From a plasmid: DNA of 64,000 nt. The translations under genes were made by a program, and so were the position numbers. The stretch is taken from the sequence record NZ_CP072215.1; one strand, 5' to 3'. The notes under the pieces are model-generated. The model did no database searches and was not told where the DNA came from. It saw only the letters and a list, made by a program, of their open reading frames with translations. This document shows, piece by piece, positions 1-10,319 of the stretch. Within the stretch, counting starts at the first letter, position 1. Every line of letters starts with the position of its first letter.

Positions 1-490
1 TCTCATCAGCACAGCTGGATTGCTCATTTCATTCCACATGGTTGTTCCTTTTTTGCAAATATACAAATAATCCATGTAAATATATAGATTAACTTGAATA
101 TATGATGTTAATCTATATGAATACAATGATTATAGTTGCTTTATCGGCTGTTTTTTTCTTTGAACTAGGATGAAAACTGACTAAAATCACAATGTGTTGT
201 GAATATGAAAGAGCTAGGAAAGATGATTAAAGAGTGCAGGAAGAGTTTGAAGGTCAATCAGCTGGAACTTCTCCGAACTGGCGGGCGTGGGCATCAATAC
301 GCTGGTGGCCATCGAGCGTGGAGAAGGCAATCCTAAATTGGCTACTGCTTTCCATTGGAGTTGATTAAAGTGCGGAAAAATGTATAAGATTGCTTCTATT
401 ATCTGTTTATTTTAGTATATTTGTGCTTTAAATAAGTGCGGATAAATGTATTATACGCTGTTTTTACATGTATAAAAATGCTGTTTGTAG

Positions 491-1771
491 ATGAAAAGAT
501 TTGTTTTGCAACAACTTATAGAATGGAAAAACCGTGAGGATAGAAAACCTCTGATTTTAAATGGTGCCCGACAAGTTGGGAAAACATGGCTGCTCCATGA
601 GTTTGCCAAACTTGAATACAAAAAAGAGGCTTATGTGGTATGCCGTAAGAATAACCTTGCACGCCAGCTTTTTTCTCAGGATTTCAATGTTGACAGAATT
701 TTACGGGGGCTGCGTGCGATGACTTCCGTTGACATTACTCCGGGTGATACGCTTATTATCCTTGATGAGATACAAGATATCCCGGAAGCACTGGAATCTT
801 TGAAGTATTTTAAAGAGGAGGTTCCGGAGTATCATATAGCTGTGGCAGGTTCACTTTTGGGGATATCCCTTCATCAGGATGTGTCTTATCCCGTAGGGAA
901 GGTAAATGTCATCAATATATTTCCTATGAACTTTGAAGAGTTTCTTGTCGCCAAGGGAGAAGAAGAAGCTTGTAAATTGCTTATGAGTGGGGATTTTGAA
1001 ACGATAAGCCTCCTGCATGACAAATATACGGATCTCCTTCGGCAATATTATTATGTAGGTGGTATGCCGGAAGTTGTACTCAAATATGTAGAAACGGATT
1101 CCTTGCTGGAAGTCAGAAGAATACAGTCGGAGATTTTGCAAGGCTATGATCTTGACTTCTCAAAACATGCGCCCAAAGAACAGGTTCCGCGTGTCCGAAT
1201 GGTATGGAACAGCATTCCTTCCCAATTATTTAAAGAAAACAAGAAATTCATTTACGGAGCTTTGCGAAAAGGTGCCAGAGCCAATGATTTTGAGATGGCC
1301 ATTCAATGGCTTGTAAATGCCGGGTTGTTGTATAAAGTGCCTCGATGTACCAAACCGGAGCTTCCGCTTGATATTTATGAAGACCTGTCGGCTTTCAAAC
1401 TCTATATGGTTGATTTGGGGCTTATGGGTGCTATGGTCAAGACAGATCCGGCCCAAGTCTTGATTAAAAACGACATATTTAAGGAATACAAGGGAGGAAT
1501 GACTGAACAGTATGTATTGCAGCAGATGAAAAGTAAGGGCGTGTCACCGATTTATTACCATAACACAGACAATTCGCGTCTTGAGTTGGATTTTGTTATT
1601 CAACGTAATGCCCAAATGGTGCCGATAGAAGTGAAGGCCGAAGGGAATGTCCGGGCCAATTCGTTGACAGCATTACTGGGAAAAAGACCGGAATTGCATG
1701 CGGAGAGATTTTCTATGTTGCCTTATAAAGTACAGGGTAATCTTACAAATTTTCCGCTATATGCAATATAG
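491..1771 (+). CDS. AAA-family ATPase (DUF4143-type)
   Basis: 426-aa ORF with a Walker A P-loop (GARQVGKTW). The domain layout is that of the widespread DUF4143 AAA ATPases, and coding continuity is clean. Confidence 0.75.
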   Translation: MKRFVLQQLIEWKNREDRKPLILNGARQVGKTWLLHEFAKLEYKKEAYVVCRKNNLARQLFSQDFNVDRILRGLRAMTSVDITPGDTLIILDEIQDIPEALESLKYFKEEVPEYHIAVAGSLLGISLHQDVSYPVGKVNVINIFPMNFEEFLVAKGEEEACKLLMSGDFETISLLHDKYTDLLRQYYYVGGMPEVVLKYVETDSLLEVRRIQSEILQGYDLDFSKHAPKEQVPRVRMVWNSIPSQLFKENKKFIYGALRKGARANDFEMAIQWLVNAGLLYKVPRCTKPELPLDIYEDLSAFKLYMVDLGLMGAMVKTDPAQVLIKNDIFKEYKGGMTEQYVLQQMKSKGVSPIYYHNTDNSRLELDFVIQRNAQMVPIEVKAEGNVRANSLTALLGKRPELHAERFSMLPYKVQGNLTNFPLYAI

Positions 1772-2076
1772 GTGTATCCTTTTCCCATGCCGGTCATACC
1801 GTTAGAACTGATTGATAAGTATGATGCGTATGTTGGCCGGTATGTCTATCTTTGTGGCAATGAAAACAGAGAGAGGATTGATTTACGCCTTGTTTTCCGG
1901 GACGGAAAGGAGATTGGCACGGATGATCTGAATCTGTATTATAATTGATGTGACGGCTTGGATGTCCCCCGGATGAATGTTCGGGGGATTCTTTTTCTTT
2001 TGGGCGTTCCTGTGGGACGGTCGGGCTTTACGTTTCAAGTCCTCGCCTAAAGGCTGTGGGCTTTACTCTGCAATCC

Positions 2077-3183
2077 CTAACGCATGGCTGAAAACTCTTC
2101 TTGCCGGTGTTCTTCTTCTTCATACAGCCTCATGCGTTCTTGTAATGCTTCTTTTAAATTGTCGCTTTTTTTCAGTCCGAGTTTGGCACGTATGTTCGCT
2201 CGTTGGCTGGTTATGTTTCCGCTACTCCGATGTAATAATTCGCATATTTGGCTGACGGTCTTGTCTTGCAGTATTAAACGGCAGATGTTTAATTCGGACG
2301 GGGATAAATTGGGATATATTCTCCTGATTGTATCAAGTTTACTTTTTTCCTTTTTCTGGTATGCGGCAAGGGCTGTAAAAAGATTTTCTTTGGATTGTTC
2401 CCCTATTATGTTTAACAGGGAGCTTGTCTTTTCTTCCGGGTTATTCTCGCTTAACAACTCGGCGAACGCGAATAGTTCTTCCTTTTTCATTTGGAGACGT
2501 TTCAAAAGCATTTCCTCTTCCTCTTTTAGCAAGTTGCTACTTTTTAGCAAGCTGCTGATATTACTGTGTAAGGATCTTCCTAATAAGGGGATCATGGTGT
2601 ATATGATGATGATCAAAGGCAGATAACTGTATAGGAACGGTTCGTCGGTGATAAGTGTGCAGATTGTATAGGAAGCTATGGTAAGGGAGGACAATAGGAT
2701 GGAGATATTACTCATATAGGCACAGATGGAAAGCATGGTAAATAAGAGAGAGATAGTAATGTTACTCATTATCAATGCTCTTTGATAACTATATTCATAT
2801 CCGCTACATATTGAGCAATAAATTATTTCGATAAAAATCTCGATATGTATGGCTATCAGTATAATGGAAAAGGTCGTGGTCAGATTTACTCTCTTTTTAA
2901 AATAAGCGAGAGTGCACATAATGATAAACAGGAATAATACGCTGTTAATATAATAAAACTGTTCATTGGGAAATGGAACTGAATATATGTATATGGGTGC
3001 GCATAAGACCAGCATGAGCAGGGATAGATGAAAGACTCGTTTTTGTTGATACGTTATTATCATTTCTCTTTCTTTTTTGTCGTAAGTTTGAGTTTTTATT
3101 GAACTTAGAAAAGAGGCGGCTTTTGTGCTGATTTTCATGTGTTTTATTGTTTTAAGTGTTATTAAGTATAATGTTTCCTGCAA
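2077..3183 (-). CDS. Membrane-anchored LuxR-family HTH transcriptional regulator
   Basis: The N-terminal two-thirds is strongly hydrophobic with multiple predicted TM helices. The C-terminus carries a LuxR/GerE-type HTH (LSPSELNICRLILQDKTVSQICELL...ANIRAKLG). It is divergently oriented to the fimbrial operon. Confidence 0.65.
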   Translation of the reverse strand: MQETLYLITLKTIKHMKISTKAASFLSSIKTQTYDKKEREMIITYQQKRVFHLSLLMLVLCAPIYIYSVPFPNEQFYYINSVLFLFIIMCTLAYFKKRVNLTTTFSIILIAIHIEIFIEIIYCSICSGYEYSYQRALIMSNITISLLFTMLSICAYMSNISILLSSLTIASYTICTLITDEPFLYSYLPLIIIIYTMIPLLGRSLHSNISSLLKSSNLLKEEEEMLLKRLQMKKEELFAFAELLSENNPEEKTSSLLNIIGEQSKENLFTALAAYQKKEKSKLDTIRRIYPNLSPSELNICRLILQDKTVSQICELLHRSSGNITSQRANIRAKLGLKKSDNLKEALQERMRLYEEEEHRQEEFSAMR

Positions 3184-3442
3184 AAATAACTGTTTTTTTT
3201 TTTTTTTTTGTATGTTTAAGTACTTTTCTTTATGATGTTAAGTGTTTTTAATTGTTGTGTAAGCGTGATTGGCTGCTGTGGTAAGTGTTGTAGCTGTTGT
3301 GTGGTTGTCTTTTTAAGTATTTATAAGTTTAAAATACTTGTTTTTTGCTTTGGAGGTTGGTTTATAAGTGCATATCTTTAGCGGTTGAAATTCAGGGGGT
3401 GTAAAAGCCTGGGTTTGGATTGTCATATTAACAAATGATTAA

Positions 3443-4675
3443 ATGACGAAAAGATGTTTTTTTTATATTAAATGTGTATTGTTCGTGCTCGTGTTGAGTA
3501 TAAGCGGAGAAATATCCGCTCAGGAGAAGCGTGATTCGGTAAGGATCTATTTTCATCAAGGAAAGGTAAATATAGATACATGTTTACTTGACAATGGGAA
3601 CGAGATGGAGCGGTTTGCTAAAATCTGTTCCGCATTGAACGACTCCGTCCGTCTTATCAGGAAAATTCAAATAATAGGAGGAGCTTCCCCGGAAGGAGGG
3701 GGGCTGTTGAATGGAAGGCTGTCTGAAAAACGAGCAGAGGTTTTGTGGCGGTATATATCACCTTATATAAAGATTCCGGTATTGGAGAAGGATTTTCATT
3801 TTTCGGGAAGCGACTGGAACGGACTTATAACGATGGTGAGAGCGGATGTGAATGTTCCGGAGAGGGAGGATGTCCTTCGTTTGTTGGAGAAGATCGTCCG
3901 TTTGGAAAACCAGGACAGCCCTTATTTGGGGGGAGAACTGAAAAGACTGAAAGGGGGGAGGCCATACTCATATTTGTATAAATTCCATTTTCCGAAACTT
4001 CGTTCGTCGATGGTGAAAATATGCTATGATAGTGATCCGATAAATCCCGTCAGAGATACGGTATATATACATACACGTGATACGTTGTGCATCCGTGATA
4101 CCGTTACCGTCATAGCTCCGGTAAAGAAACGGCCGTTTTGCATGGCGGTGAAAACAAACTTGCTTTATGACGCTGTTTTGATACCTGACATCGGGGTTGA
4201 GTTCTGTTTGGGGAAGAACTGGTCTGTGGCCGGGAATTGGATGTATGCCTGGTGGAAAAGTGATCGGAAGCATAATTATTGGCGTATCTATGGGGGAGAT
4301 GTGGAGTTGCGCCGCTGGTTCGGTCGGAGAGCGGTGGAAAAACCGTTTTCCGGGCATCATGTCGGATTGTACGGGCAGATCGTCACCTATGATTTCGAAT
4401 TGGGTGGGAAAGGTTACTTGGGGGATAAATGGAGTTACGGGGGAGGCGTGGCTTACGGCTACTCGTTACCTGTGGGACATCGGTTCAATGTGGATTTCAC
4501 GTTGGGAATCGGCTACCTTGGAGGATCGTACAAGGAGTACATCCCTTTGGACGGTCACTATGTATGGCAGACCACTAAAAACCGCCGCTGGTTCGGCCCG
4601 ACCAAGGCGGGTATCTCTTTGGTGTGGTTGATCGGGCGGGGGAATTATAGCCGGAAGAAAGGAGGCAGGCAGTGA
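3443..4675 (+). CDS. Fimbrial-operon outer-membrane protein (DUF3868/DUF3575-like beta-barrel)
   Basis: Signal peptide, then a C-terminal half rich in aromatic/Gly residues typical of DUF3575 beta-barrels. First gene of a three-gene Mfa-like fimbrial cluster. Confidence 0.55.
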   Translation: MTKRCFFYIKCVLFVLVLSISGEISAQEKRDSVRIYFHQGKVNIDTCLLDNGNEMERFAKICSALNDSVRLIRKIQIIGGASPEGGGLLNGRLSEKRAEVLWRYISPYIKIPVLEKDFHFSGSDWNGLITMVRADVNVPEREDVLRLLEKIVRLENQDSPYLGGELKRLKGGRPYSYLYKFHFPKLRSSMVKICYDSDPINPVRDTVYIHTRDTLCIRDTVTVIAPVKKRPFCMAVKTNLLYDAVLIPDIGVEFCLGKNWSVAGNWMYAWWKSDRKHNYWRIYGGDVELRRWFGRRAVEKPFSGHHVGLYGQIVTYDFELGGKGYLGDKWSYGGGVAYGYSLPVGHRFNVDFTLGIGYLGGSYKEYIPLDGHYVWQTTKNRRWFGPTKAGISLVWLIGRGNYSRKKGGRQ

Positions 4676-5592
4676 TACGGATACGCTTTAGTCTGGTGTT
4701 CATATTTTTATGGATAGGACTGACGGCTTGTGAGCATAAGGATTTATGTTACGATCATCCGCACTTTGCCACGGTGCGGGTAATATTCGACTGGACCAAG
4801 ATTTCCAATCATGACAAGCCTGAAGGCATGAGGGTCGTATTTTATCCGACCGACGATGAAAGCAACACGTGGATATTTGATTTCCCCGGAGGAGAGGATG
4901 GGGAAGTGGAGCTTCCCGAGAATGATTACCGGGTAATTTGCTTCAACTACGATACCGACGGGATGGTTTGGAAAGAAAACGGCAGTTACACGCTTTTTAC
5001 TGCCGATACGCGTGATGTGCAGTCGCCGGATAACCGGACAATGGCTGTCACCCCACCTTGGCTGTGTGGCGACCATATAGACGAAGTTATCCTCAAGGAC
5101 ATTCCGGGAGGAAGCGCGGAGATAGTACGGCTGACTCCCGTAAACATGGTATGTCACTACACGTATGAGGTGAACGGTCTTCGGGGACTGGATAGGGTGG
5201 CGGATTTGCGGGCCGCTCTTTCCGGCATGTCCGGCTCGCTTAACATGTCCGCCGACAGTTTGCCCGCCGGTCTTTCGGAGAGCCTGCTCTTTGATGGAAT
5301 GGTTTCACGGAATCAGATTATAGGCGGATTCTATACGTTTGGACATTCCGCACTTGAAGGAGAGCCCAATGTTTTCCGGTTGTATCTCAAGAACCGTTCA
5401 GGCAGCATGTCTGTATTGGAACAGGACGTGAGCGGCCAAGTGCATGATGTCCCGGTAGTGGGGCATGTCGGTGATGTGCATCTGGTGTTGAATTTTGATT
5501 ATGAGGTTCCATCCGAGCCGGGAAGTGACGGTGCGGGATTTGATGTGGACGTTGATGATTGGGATGATGTGAATATGGATATAGTGTTGTAA
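4672..5592 (+). CDS. FimB/Mfa2-family fimbrial anchor lipoprotein
   Basis: Lipoprotein signal (LTAC lipobox). Start overlaps the upstream stop codon (ATGA), and it sits immediately upstream of a fimbrillin-like gene. Confidence 0.5.
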   Translation: MIRIRFSLVFIFLWIGLTACEHKDLCYDHPHFATVRVIFDWTKISNHDKPEGMRVVFYPTDDESNTWIFDFPGGEDGEVELPENDYRVICFNYDTDGMVWKENGSYTLFTADTRDVQSPDNRTMAVTPPWLCGDHIDEVILKDIPGGSAEIVRLTPVNMVCHYTYEVNGLRGLDRVADLRAALSGMSGSLNMSADSLPAGLSESLLFDGMVSRNQIIGGFYTFGHSALEGEPNVFRLYLKNRSGSMSVLEQDVSGQVHDVPVVGHVGDVHLVLNFDYEVPSEPGSDGAGFDVDVDDWDDVNMDIVL

Positions 5593-5637
5593 TATGAGTT
5601 TATTAATTATATGTATCAATTTGATTTATTTTTATTT

Positions 5638-6774
5638 ATGAAAAAAAGTACAGTAATGCTTTGGGCAATCTTTGGAGCTCTACTCATGGGTTGCTCAGAC
5701 GAGGAGATTGCGAATGTGGAAACCTCCTCACGGAATGCGATTGGTTTTAACGTGTTAAGTAATGCGGCGGAAACGAGGGCTACCCCTACTACCAACACCA
5801 ACTTGAAGAACACCGATTTCGACGTGTTCGCTTTTACGGCGGATGGTACTGCCTTCATGGGAAAGGTAGACACGGATTTTGGACATGACGGAGTGAATAT
5901 CGTGTACAATAATGGTAAGTGGGATTATAAAAATGCGAGCGACCTTCGTTATTGGCCTACCGAGGCTTTGGACTTTTACGCATTCAATCCCGGAACGGTT
6001 GATGAAGCCATGCAGTGGAGTTATATGTGGGAAGCCACCAAGGATACTCAAAAGATAACTTATTCCTGCTCCGATGAGTATGGATCTGGTATCAATGCTC
6101 ATGAAAACTACGACGTGATGTATGCCATAGCCAAAGGCCAGACAAAAGACAAGAACAACGGAGTAGTGAAATTTAACTTCAAGCATATTCTGTCACAGGT
6201 CGTATTCAAAGCAAAGACCGAATACGATAACATGCAGGTGAATATAAAGGACATCAAGATTTTTAATGTAAAAATGGGCGGCGTCTACACATTGCCTGCG
6301 ACAGCCGATGGAACGGGAAGTTGGGCTGTGGGTGATTGGCCTGAAAGCTCTACAGGAGGAGGTTTTATTACCGTAGTGCAAGGCAAATTCATCGAGGTCA
6401 ATAGTAATACCACAGCTACCGATATTTCCGAAAAAACTCCTATGCTGAATATACCACAGAAGCTGACAGCATGGAAAGTTTCCGAAGAAGCCACCAATAC
6501 CAAGATAAAAGCCGACGGTGCGCATCAATGTTACCTGTCGATCACCTGCAAAATCCAGCAGTCCGGAGGTTATCTGTTGGGTTCAGCAGATAGTTACGGA
6601 ACAATTTATGTTCCGTTCGGAGATACATGGGTAGCGGGCAAGCGTCATATCTACACGTTGATTTTCGGTGGTGGTTATACTGATCAGGGAGAGGCTGTGT
6701 TGAATCCGATCCAGTTTGATGCAGAGACAACAGGCTGGGTTGATGCAAATAGCAACGTAAACGTTAAACCTTAA
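5638..6774 (+). CDS. Fimbrillin-family lipoprotein (Mfa1/FimA-like structural subunit)
   Basis: Lipoprotein signal (MKKSTVMLWAIFGALLMGCSD), size about 380 aa, and operon position. The start is chosen at the internal Met that gives a canonical signal peptide. Confidence 0.5.
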   Translation: MKKSTVMLWAIFGALLMGCSDEEIANVETSSRNAIGFNVLSNAAETRATPTTNTNLKNTDFDVFAFTADGTAFMGKVDTDFGHDGVNIVYNNGKWDYKNASDLRYWPTEALDFYAFNPGTVDEAMQWSYMWEATKDTQKITYSCSDEYGSGINAHENYDVMYAIAKGQTKDKNNGVVKFNFKHILSQVVFKAKTEYDNMQVNIKDIKIFNVKMGGVYTLPATADGTGSWAVGDWPESSTGGGFITVVQGKFIEVNSNTTATDISEKTPMLNIPQKLTAWKVSEEATNTKIKADGAHQCYLSITCKIQQSGGYLLGSADSYGTIYVPFGDTWVAGKRHIYTLIFGGGYTDQGEAVLNPIQFDAETTGWVDANSNVNVKP

Positions 6775-6962
6775 ACAAAAAGTTTATCAATATCGTACCC
6801 GTTGGCAGGTTAAACATACGCAAGATTAATCCCGCCAACGGGTTCTTTATAGGGAATCGCATTTTCAATATACTTTTTGATGTGTAGGGGTGCTTTTTGC
6901 GTACCTTTTTCCTGGAGAATTTCTTTTGTGGAGTGTTTGCCCTGTATATTCCCGATACGCTG

Positions 6963-7220
6963 TTATAGCAGGGAACTGTTTTTATCCAAGTAGTCAGATA
7001 TAGCCTCTTGCAATACCGATTTTAGCGAATCGCCTTTGCGGATCGCGATCAGCTTTAAGTTCTGGTGATAGGTTTCGTCCATGACAAAATTACAATGCAC
7101 GGTTTTCGCTTTCTTCGGCTTTTGAGCCTCTTTTTGCCCGGCCGTGGATTGGATCAGGCTGTCTAATCCCCCGGTCAGCCCGGCCGACATACTGTTTTTT
7201 AAATCGTTCTTCTTTGCCAT
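6963..7220 (-). CDS. Small partition-associated DNA-binding protein (RHH/ParG-like, putative)
   Basis: 85-aa ORF immediately downstream of parA, 4 bp from its stop. Basic N-terminus with a possible ribbon-helix-helix C-terminus. Confidence 0.4.
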   Translation of the reverse strand: MAKKNDLKNSMSAGLTGGLDSLIQSTAGQKEAQKPKKAKTVHCNFVMDETYHQNLKLIAIRKGDSLKSVLQEAISDYLDKNSSLL

Positions 7221-7224
7221 ATGG

Positions 7225-7983
7225 TTACTTTATTTCTGTTAGCAGTTCGTTACATACCTTTTCGTAGTCCTCTGCCCCGGCAGATTTGGGGGCATAGTGA
7301 AAAATATCCTGCCCTTGTGTCGGGGCTTCGGCCAGCGTAATGGCGTTGCGTATATGGGTGCTGAACACTTTGCCCTGGAATGTTTCCTGTACCAGTTCCG
7401 AAACGCTCTTGTTCAGGTTCTTTCTTCCGTCGTACTGGGTTATCAGAACCCCGGCTATCGAAAGATCCGAGTTCAAACGTTGCTGCACCTTGTGGACGAC
7501 CTGCATAAGTTTGGCCATTCCACGCATTGCCAGGAATTGAGCCTGAACCGGGATAATCAACCGATCCGAGGCCGTCAGTGCGTTAAGCGTGAGCAGCGAC
7601 AGCGAGGGGGGACAGTCGATCAGGATATAATCGAATTTCTCCTTTTGGCCCTTGATAAGGTGGGCTAAGATAAGCTCCCGTCCGGCCTCGTTGATTAACT
7701 CCGTTTCAACGGCCGAGAGATCCAGGCAGGAGGGAACGACGCTAAGGCCGTCCTTATGCTCGTAGATCGGCAGGTCGTATTCGCCTTTCATCGCACCGTA
7801 GATCGTTTGGGGAAGCTCCGCAGAGAAGCCCAGCGATTCGGTCAGGTTGGCCTGCCCGTCAAGGTCGATCAAAAGAACCTTGTACCCTTTTTGACGTAAC
7901 GCACCGCCCAGGTTGATCGTGGTTGTGGTCTTTCCTACTCCCCCCTTGTGATTCAATACGGAGATTACTTTTGCTTTGCTCAT
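7225..7983 (-). CDS. parA: ParA/Soj-family partition ATPase
   Basis: Deviant Walker A (KGGVGKTTT) and the conserved ParA motifs (LLIDLDGQANLT, DCPPSLS). Confidence 0.9.
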   Translation of the reverse strand: MSKAKVISVLNHKGGVGKTTTTINLGGALRQKGYKVLLIDLDGQANLTESLGFSAELPQTIYGAMKGEYDLPIYEHKDGLSVVPSCLDLSAVETELINEAGRELILAHLIKGQKEKFDYILIDCPPSLSLLTLNALTASDRLIIPVQAQFLAMRGMAKLMQVVHKVQQRLNSDLSIAGVLITQYDGRKNLNKSVSELVQETFQGKVFSTHIRNAITLAEAPTQGQDIFHYAPKSAGAEDYEKVCNELLTEIK

Positions 7984-8269
7984 AAATTCAGTTTTTTAAA
8001 TGGTTGTCATGTCCGCAACATATAGTCAAAATACTAATATACTAAAAGACTAAAAGTAGTATTTTCGTTTTTTGCGTGTTTTTTGTACCGATCGGGGAAG
8101 CGTACCGAAATAAATCCTGTTTCCGTCTTTCGGTACGTTTTGTTTCTGTACCGGAATTAATCAAAGATTAGAATAACCATAAATGTTTTTATACGTTAAT
8201 CATACGTATGTATATATGTATATATTTGTTTTGAGTATCTTTGTGTGCTATGAATAAAAAATAAAAGAC

Positions 8270-8599
8270 ATGAGCACTTATTCGTATAAAAATCCGAAGT
8301 TTATAAATTCCCCTAAAGGGGTGGTTGAAGTTGTAGAAGTGATTTATGACGGCAAAGATGATCCGGCCTATTCACTGGCTATTATTAAATGGGAAAATAC
8401 CTATAAATTAGGTATTCGTTGGAACATCGCTTATAGTGAATGGGACGATTACCGCAAACAGAACGGGCAAGATGAATGTATAGGTAATCCACAGTCGAGA
8501 GGTATTCCCACCTGGTTTGTTTTGCCCGATGATATGATGTTTAGTGAGAAGTTCAGCGGTGCGATGCAGAGGCTTGATGAATTAAGAAAAGGTAAATAA
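8270..8599 (+). CDS. Hypothetical protein
   Basis: 109-aa ORF ending directly before the RhuM-family gene. No recognisable motif. Confidence 0.35.
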   Translation: MSTYSYKNPKFINSPKGVVEVVEVIYDGKDDPAYSLAIIKWENTYKLGIRWNIAYSEWDDYRKQNGQDECIGNPQSRGIPTWFVLPDDMMFSEKFSGAMQRLDELRKGK

Positions 8600-8602
8600 G
8601 TA

Positions 8603-9439
8603 ATGGAACAGGGAGAAATCATATTATACCAGCCGGATGAAGCGGTCAGGTTGGAAGTGAGGCTGGAAGATGAAACCGTTTGGCTGACACAGGCGCAAAT
8701 TGTGGATCTTTTTCAATCCAGCAAAGCAAATATAAGCGAGCATATAAAAAACATATATGATCAGAAAGAATTAGAGGAAAGTTCAACTGTTCGGGATTTC
8801 CGAACAGTTCGACAGGAAGGCAAACGGCAAGTGATGCGCAATCTGACTTATTACAATTTGGATGCGATCATATCCATTGGGTTTCGTGTCAATAGTAAAA
8901 GAGGTATTTTATTTAGGCAATGGGCGAATAAGGTTTTAAAGGACTATCTTTTAAAAGGGTATTCCATTAATAAACGTTTGTCAGAACTTGAAAGGACTGT
9001 CGCTCAACATACCGAGAAGATAGATTTTTTTGTGCGTACTGCCTTGCCCCCGGTCGAAGGCATTTTTTATAACGGCCAGATTTTCGATGCGTACAAGTTC
9101 GCTACCGATCTGGTAAAGTCGGCCAGGCGTTCGATCGTGCTTATCGACAACTATGTGGACGAAACGGTCTTGCTCATGTTGAGTAAACGCAGCGTCGGTG
9201 TCTCGGCCACCATTTACACCCAGCGTATCACGCAGCAACTCCAACTTGATCTTGACAGGCATAACAGCCAGTACCCACCTATCGACATCAGGACGTACCG
9301 GGACAGTCACGACCGTTTCCTGATCGTTGATGAAACGGACGTGTACCATATCGGAGCCTCGTTAAAGGATCTGGGGAAAAAGATGTTCGCTTTCTCAAAG
9401 CTGGATATTCCGGCGGCTGTGATTACTGACCTGTTATAA
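8603..9439 (+). CDS. RhuM-family virulence/DNA-binding protein (full length)
   Basis: N-terminus EIILYQPDEAVRLEVRLEDETVWLTQAQI and the central GFRVNSKRGILFRQWA motif are characteristic of the RhuM family. A diverged inverted paralog lies at 23586-24438. Confidence 0.65.
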   Translation: MEQGEIILYQPDEAVRLEVRLEDETVWLTQAQIVDLFQSSKANISEHIKNIYDQKELEESSTVRDFRTVRQEGKRQVMRNLTYYNLDAIISIGFRVNSKRGILFRQWANKVLKDYLLKGYSINKRLSELERTVAQHTEKIDFFVRTALPPVEGIFYNGQIFDAYKFATDLVKSARRSIVLIDNYVDETVLLMLSKRSVGVSATIYTQRITQQLQLDLDRHNSQYPPIDIRTYRDSHDRFLIVDETDVYHIGASLKDLGKKMFAFSKLDIPAAVITDLL

Positions 9440-9680
9440 TATCCTTTGTCTTATGAATGGGCTGTCGCAAAAGAAAAACCCGTTCTTGATGAACGGGTAT
9501 ATCCTTGACTTGGTTACGTGTTTTGATAACAGAGGCTTTACCAAGCATTACAATGCAAAGATAGTAATTATAGGTTAATTAGCGAATTTCTTTTTTGGAT
9601 AGATCCGGAAATAATGCCTCCTTGAAAGAGGTGGATAAGGTGATTAAAACAATAGATAAGGAAGAACAAAAGCAAAAGGG

Positions 9681-10319
9681 ATGAATGTGGTTATTTATTC
9701 ACGTGTAAGCTCGCAGTCGGCCAGGCAATCGACCGAACGGCAGGTTGTCGATCTGGAGAGGTTCGCAGCCGGACGGGGGTACGAGGTGACGGCGGTCTTT
9801 GAGGAAAAGATAAGCGGACGAAAGGCCAATATCGAACGCCCGGTTTTAAGCCGTTGCCTGGAATACTGCACAGATCCGCAGAACCGGGTGGATATGTTGT
9901 TGCTGACCGAGATCTCACGCCTGGGGCGTTCAACCCTGGAGATCCTAAAGTCACTCGATACGCTGCACACGCATAAAATATGCGTGTATATTCAAAACCT
10001 GAACCTGGAAACGTTACGGCCGGACAAGACGGTAAACCCCTTGTCCTCTCTGATCACTACCCTGTTGGGGGAACTGGCCGCGATCGAACGCCAGGGGATC
10101 ATCGACCGCCTTAATAGCGGACGGGAGTTGTACATCCAGAAAGGGGGCAGGCTGGGACGGAAGCCGGGAAGCCGGAAAACGGCCGAACAGAGGAAAGAGG
10201 AATACCGGGAGGCGATCGCCTTGTTAAAGAAAGGCTACTCGATCCGGAACGTGGCGAAGCTCACGGGAAAGGCCGTTTCGACGATACAACAAGTAAAAAA
10301 AGACTTCATTAGTAGCTGA
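9681..10319 (+). CDS. Serine recombinase (resolvase/invertase family)
   Basis: N-terminal catalytic motif (YSRVSSQSARQSTERQ) and a C-terminal HTH. Short direct repeats of AAAAACGAGTATTTRCACG lie just downstream at 10330-10400. Confidence 0.8.
   Translation: MNVVIYSRVSSQSARQSTERQVVDLERFAAGRGYEVTAVFEEKISGRKANIERPVLSRCLEYCTDPQNRVDMLLLTEISRLGRSTLEILKSLDTLHTHKICVYIQNLNLETLRPDKTVNPLSSLITTLLGELAAIERQGIIDRLNSGRELYIQKGGRLGRKPGSRKTAEQRKEEYREAIALLKKGYSIRNVAKLTGKAVSTIQQVKKDFISS

Noticed and set aside
851-1456. Antisense ORFs (851..1141 -, 1226..1456 -) inside the AAA ATPase gene, and similar antisense or overlapping ORFs inside traG, the coupling protein, the fimbrial genes and elsewhere
   Set aside because: They are nested on the opposite strand of long, well-supported genes, with low-complexity composition and no motifs. 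They are typical artefacts of six-frame translation.
1995-2090. Possible tRNA-derived att remnant in repeat block Y (GTTTCAAGTCC resembles a T-arm)
   Set aside because: No complete cloverleaf can be drawn: there is no acceptor stem complementarity and no anticodon arm. The resemblance is limited to about 11 nt, so it is treated only as a repeat block.
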